Part shown: positions 60,908-64,000 of the stretch, in pieces
Numbering within the stretch: the stretch's first letter is position 1
Layout of the letters: each line of letters opens with the position of its first letter
Assembly: GCA_965206645.1 (NCBI GenBank)
Contig: CBDBKE010000003.1
Span: 1 to 64,000, forward strand
Reading direction: 5' to 3'
Source: Terriglobia bacterium
GTDB taxonomy: Bacteria > Acidobacteriota > Terriglobia > JAJPHL01 > JAPKYU01
Length of the DNA stretch: 64,000 nt
Notes under the pieces: generated by a model
Database searches by the model: none
What the model was told of the DNA's origin: nothing
Seen by the model: only the letters and a program-made list of their open reading frames with translations
Made by a program: the position numbers and the translations under genes

Positions 60908-61198
60908 TTATGCTTGGCCCGAAGACAGCAATGCACGCTTGACGGCCTCCGGTTCCCTTTCGATCACCCGCAGAAGAGTTGCGGCCGGGCCACTAACCCG
61001 GCGCGTCCCTTGCTCCCATTTCCGGTAGCCGGAAAGGCTCATGCCCATCAACGGTGCCATCTGCGCCTGCGTGAGGTTCGCATGCTCCCGAACCTCACGC
61101 GGGGTCACGGGAGCGTGCAGGATGGCGGGGCCATCTCCCTTTGCGTGAGCGAGGGCTTCATTGAGGGACTGGATTAGATCGTCGCCAAATGTGCTCAT
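60908..61198 (-). CDS. XRE HTH antitoxin (HigA2-like)
   Basis: LIQSLNEALAH...LTQAQMA...KWEQGTRRVSGPAATLL. Confidence 0.88.
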   Translation of the reverse strand: MSTFGDDLIQSLNEALAHAKGDGPAILHAPVTPREVREHANLTQAQMAPLMGMSLSGYRKWEQGTRRVSGPAATLLRVIEREPEAVKRALLSSGQA

Positions 61199-61533
61199 TT
61201 CATCTCCTTCCGGGCGGCCTTGAGTGCGGCTGCGAGCTTTGAAACCGTGCGCCTTTCATCCGGTGTCATGTCCGTTTTCGCGGTCTTCGCATAGGCGAGC
61301 AGCGCGTAGACCGGCATCGCTTCTTCCAGGTAGTAGTAGATCACCCGCGCACCGCCTCGCTTGCCCCGTCCGAAGGCCGCAAAGCGTAGCTTCCGGACGC
61401 CGCCCGTGCCAGGAATTTCATCACCCGCCAGCGGATTCTCCGCGAGGAAGTCGATCAGTTCGCGCTTCTCGTCCTCACTGAACAGCTTGTCAGCTTGACG
61501 GGAGAATGTCGGGGTCTCGGCTACTGTCTGCAT
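61195..61533 (-). CDS. RelE/HigB2-type toxin
   Basis: GDEIPGTGGVRKLR...GKRGGARVIYY...AYAK. Confidence 0.9.
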   Translation of the reverse strand: MQTVAETPTFSRQADKLFSEDEKRELIDFLAENPLAGDEIPGTGGVRKLRFAAFGRGKRGGARVIYYYLEEAMPVYALLAYAKTAKTDMTPDERRTVSKLAAALKAARKEMK

Positions 61534-61780
61534 CGAGCAGTATTATATACCCCATTGGGGTAGTCAAGATAGGCGTGGCGGGTTTTCTAGTCCCGCTTAG
61601 CGGGCTACAACTCGGCTTGTTGGTAAGAACTCAATGATCTCTGAGGGGCACGCGCTTTGTCAGCTCGAATTCTGCGATGTGTTGTGGTCGTGATCGGGGA
61701 AGGGATCTGTCTGAAACGGAAGCTCTGCTAGCTGAACAGCGCCGTTCGCAAGAGCATATTGATTGCTAAAAACAGGTTCT

Positions 61781-62335
61781 GAGGTTGTGCCCTTCTAAGA
61801 ACGCTTCGGTCGTCTCAGCCGGAAACGCCATCACGAAGCAGTCGTCCGATTGCGGCAGGTCCATCACGAAATAGTGCGCCTTGCGCTCCACCCCGCCGAT
61901 CACCACTTGCGCTTCCCCAAAGTCGGCCTGGGCGTCGCCCGGTGGATGCTCCAGCGGCACGAACATCTCCCGCTGGCTCAGCTTCCGCAGCCGCACGTAG
62001 TCCTTCACGATGGTGTATCCGCCCGGGAATCCGTGCTCCTCCCGCAGCCGCTCAAAAACCTGCTTGGCCGTGTGGCGTTGCTTCTTGCTCTGGGCCTGAT
62101 CTTGCTCCAGGATCTGGTCGATGATCCCCACCCAGGCATCCAGCTTCGGCCGCCGCGCCGGCTGCTGCCGCCGATAGCCCGGAGGGATCGAGTACCACAG
62201 CATCTTGCGGACCGTCTCGCGGGCCAGCCCGAACTGCCGCGCCGCCTCCCGTTCACTCCTCCCCTCAGCCTGAACTGCTCGTCGAACACGCGCATAGAGT
62301 TCTACTGTGTGCACACCTCCGGTGTTCCACAAAAC
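61781..62335 (-). mobile_element. IS21-family IstA N-terminal fragment
   Basis: TVELYARVRRAV...RHTAKQVFERLREEHGFPGGYTIV...AQADFGEA. Truncated. Confidence 0.85.
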
Positions 62336-62988
62336 ACGGTCCAAGGGATCGCTGTCGTAGGCCTTATCCCCGATCAGTTTCGCCGGAAGTTCATTGAGGA
62401 AGCTGTTCCCGAGGGCCTCTTCGACGAGTTGGCTTTCATGCGGCGAAGCAGCCTGGACACTGACGGCGAGAGGAAGACTGTGGCCAGTGGCGATAGCCGT
62501 GATCTTCGTCCCTTTGCCTCGCTTGGTCGGGCCAACCCCAAGCCCCCTTTTTTTGCCGCCGCAAAGGGTCGCGTCGATGAAGGCTTCTTCCAAATTCAAC
62601 CGACCCTCGGCCTGCAACCGTTTCGCCAGCTTCCGCAAGACCTTCTCCAACGCTCCCGAACGCACCCACTGCTGGAACCGGCGATGGCAGGTCTGGTAAG
62701 GGAGGATACTTGCTCGGCAACTCCCGCCACTGCGCCCCCGTACCCAAGATCCATAACACCCCATTCAGCACCGCTCGGGTATCCGCCGGCGGTCTCCCCT
62801 TCCCATCAGGCCGTTGCTGCGGCCGCAGAATCGGCTCCAAAAGACTCCACTGCTGATCGCTCACCTCCCAGCGTCCACGCATCTCTATGGTTTTGCTTCA
62901 AATCGCCAGAACTCCTTCAGTTTCTATCCTTTCCCGCTGCTCCTGTTACTCCTTTCTTGGCCCTCGAACCATTCTTGAGACAGGTTGC
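62336..62988 (-). mobile_element. IS5-family (two-ORF, frameshifting) element, 3'-truncated
   Basis: VLNGVLWILGTGAQWRELP, FIDAT, AAAAAAAGGGG shift site, GDKAYDSD. End motif TGAGACAGGTTG near 62976-62987. Confidence 0.85.
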
Positions 62989-63004
62989 AGTAAAATGGTG
63001 GCGG

Positions 63005-64000
63005 ATGATCAACAGCGTCCAGCTACTCAGAAACATCGGCCTGTTCGATTCCGTCAGCGCCGGTGCCAATATCTCCCTCGCGCGCCTTACGCTGGTGTAT
63101 GCCGAGAATGGCAGAGGTAAGACGACCCTCGCTGCGATTCTGCGTTCGCTAGCAACTGGCGACCCGATCCCGATCGCGGAGCGGCGTCGACTTGCTGCCC
63201 AGCATCCCCCGCATGTTGTTCTGGACTGCGACGGCGGCACTGCGCCCGCGATGTTTCAGAATAACGCCTGGAACCGCATGTTATCGAACCTAGATGTGTT
63301 TGACGACGTGTTCGTTGACCAGAACGTCTACTCAGGTCTGGCCGTTGAGGCGGGACACCGGCAAAACCTGCACGAGCTGATCCTTGGCGCTCAGGCAGTG
63401 GCGCTGAACCAGCAACTGCAGCAGCTTGTTCGGCGGATAGAAGAACACAATGCTGCCCTTAGGGAAAGAGCGGCGGCGATACCAACAGCAGAAAGAGACA
63501 GGCTTTCGGTAGATGATTTCTGTGCGCTTCCGGCGCGTTCAGACATCGACACGGCGATCGAAGCCACAGAACGCAACCTGGCCGCGGCACGCGAGCGAGA
63601 TCCAGTTCGGACCACCGCGCTCTTCGACGCCCTGAGCTTGCCAGCCTTTGACATCGTGGCCATCGATCGAATCCTCGGGGAAGACCTACCGTCCCTTGAT
63701 GTGGCTGCCGCGGCGCAGGTACAAGTTCATCTAGACGGACTGGGTCCAGGTGGCGAGACATGGGTAGGCGAGGGCATGCTGCGCGTACGGCAGCCGGCCG
63801 CAGGGACGAGGAGGGTGAACTGCCCATTCTGTGCCCAGGATCTCACCGGATCACCCGTCATCAACCACTACCGCGCGTACTTCAGTGCGGCATACGCCGA
63901 CCTGAAGCGCAGGGTTTCGGAGGCTCTTGCGGATATTAATCACACGCATGGGAACGATCTTCCGGCGGCGTTTGAGCGAGCGGTTAGGGTCGCTGTAGAG
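63005..64000 (+). CDS. RloC-like SMC/AAA ATPase, partial (runs off window; absent from ORF track)
   Basis: MINSVQLLRNIGLF...YAENGRGKTT, VFDDVFVDQNVY, coiled coil and CPFC zinc hook. Confidence 0.8.
   Translation, partial: MINSVQLLRNIGLFDSVSAGANISLARLTLVYAENGRGKTTLAAILRSLATGDPIPIAERRRLAAQHPPHVVLDCDGGTAPAMFQNNAWNRMLSNLDVFDDVFVDQNVYSGLAVEAGHRQNLHELILGAQAVALNQQLQQLVRRIEEHNAALRERAAAIPTAERDRLSVDDFCALPARSDIDTAIEATERNLAAARERDPVRTTALFDALSLPAFDIVAIDRILGEDLPSLDVAAAAQVQVHLDGLGPGGETWVGEGMLRVRQPAAGTRRVNCPFCAQDLTGSPVINHYRAYFSAAYADLKRRVSEALADINHTHGNDLPAAFERAVRVAVE

Noticed and set aside
61766-62764. 332-aa novel IS5-IS21 hybrid transposase
   Set aside because: A chance in-frame junction of two truncated transposases. 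Neither DDE triad is complete.

Overview
A GC-rich bacterial accessory or genomic-island region with no housekeeping genes. The secreted proteins and T4SS layout resemble Acidobacteriota, but that is only a guess. The core (about 8.6-26.5 kb, all on the - strand) is an integrative conjugative element. In genome order it holds a 5'-half tRNA-Val(UAC) att site, a tyrosine integrase and excisionase, virB11, a frameshifted virD4, an inverted-repeat-rich oriT-like spacer, an unknown wHTH-like gene, virB8/6/5/10/9/4/3/2, a Replic_Relax/MOB_C-like protein, ardC and a truncated repA. No HUH relaxase is recognisable. Candidate defence loci surround it: a nucleotidyltransferase + XRE-ImmA/IrrE + Beta + sce7726 cluster, an SbcD-SbcC-OLD operon, a PIN/HEPN-like protein, an hsdM fragment and an RloC-like ATPase running off the right end. 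There are also four HigBA/RelE-type TA loci, secreted proteins, and many IS elements or remnants (IS3, IS5, IS6 plus a 131-bp IS6 MITE, IS30, IS21, IS110, an rve element). Three signals stand out. (1) Three diverged copies of a ~0.77-kb module pair an 82-aa ORF with a ~440-nt conserved multi-stem element whose G-T pairs favour folding of the ORF's template strand. (2) The tRNA att site carries the 5' half rather than the usual 3' half. (3) A second 'unknown protein + oriT-like IR' unit at 49.4-50.9 kb looks like a satellite of the ICE. Many genes have single-base frameshifts, often in G/C runs, which may be decay or long-read error. All calls are by eye from motifs, and boundaries may be off by a few bases.
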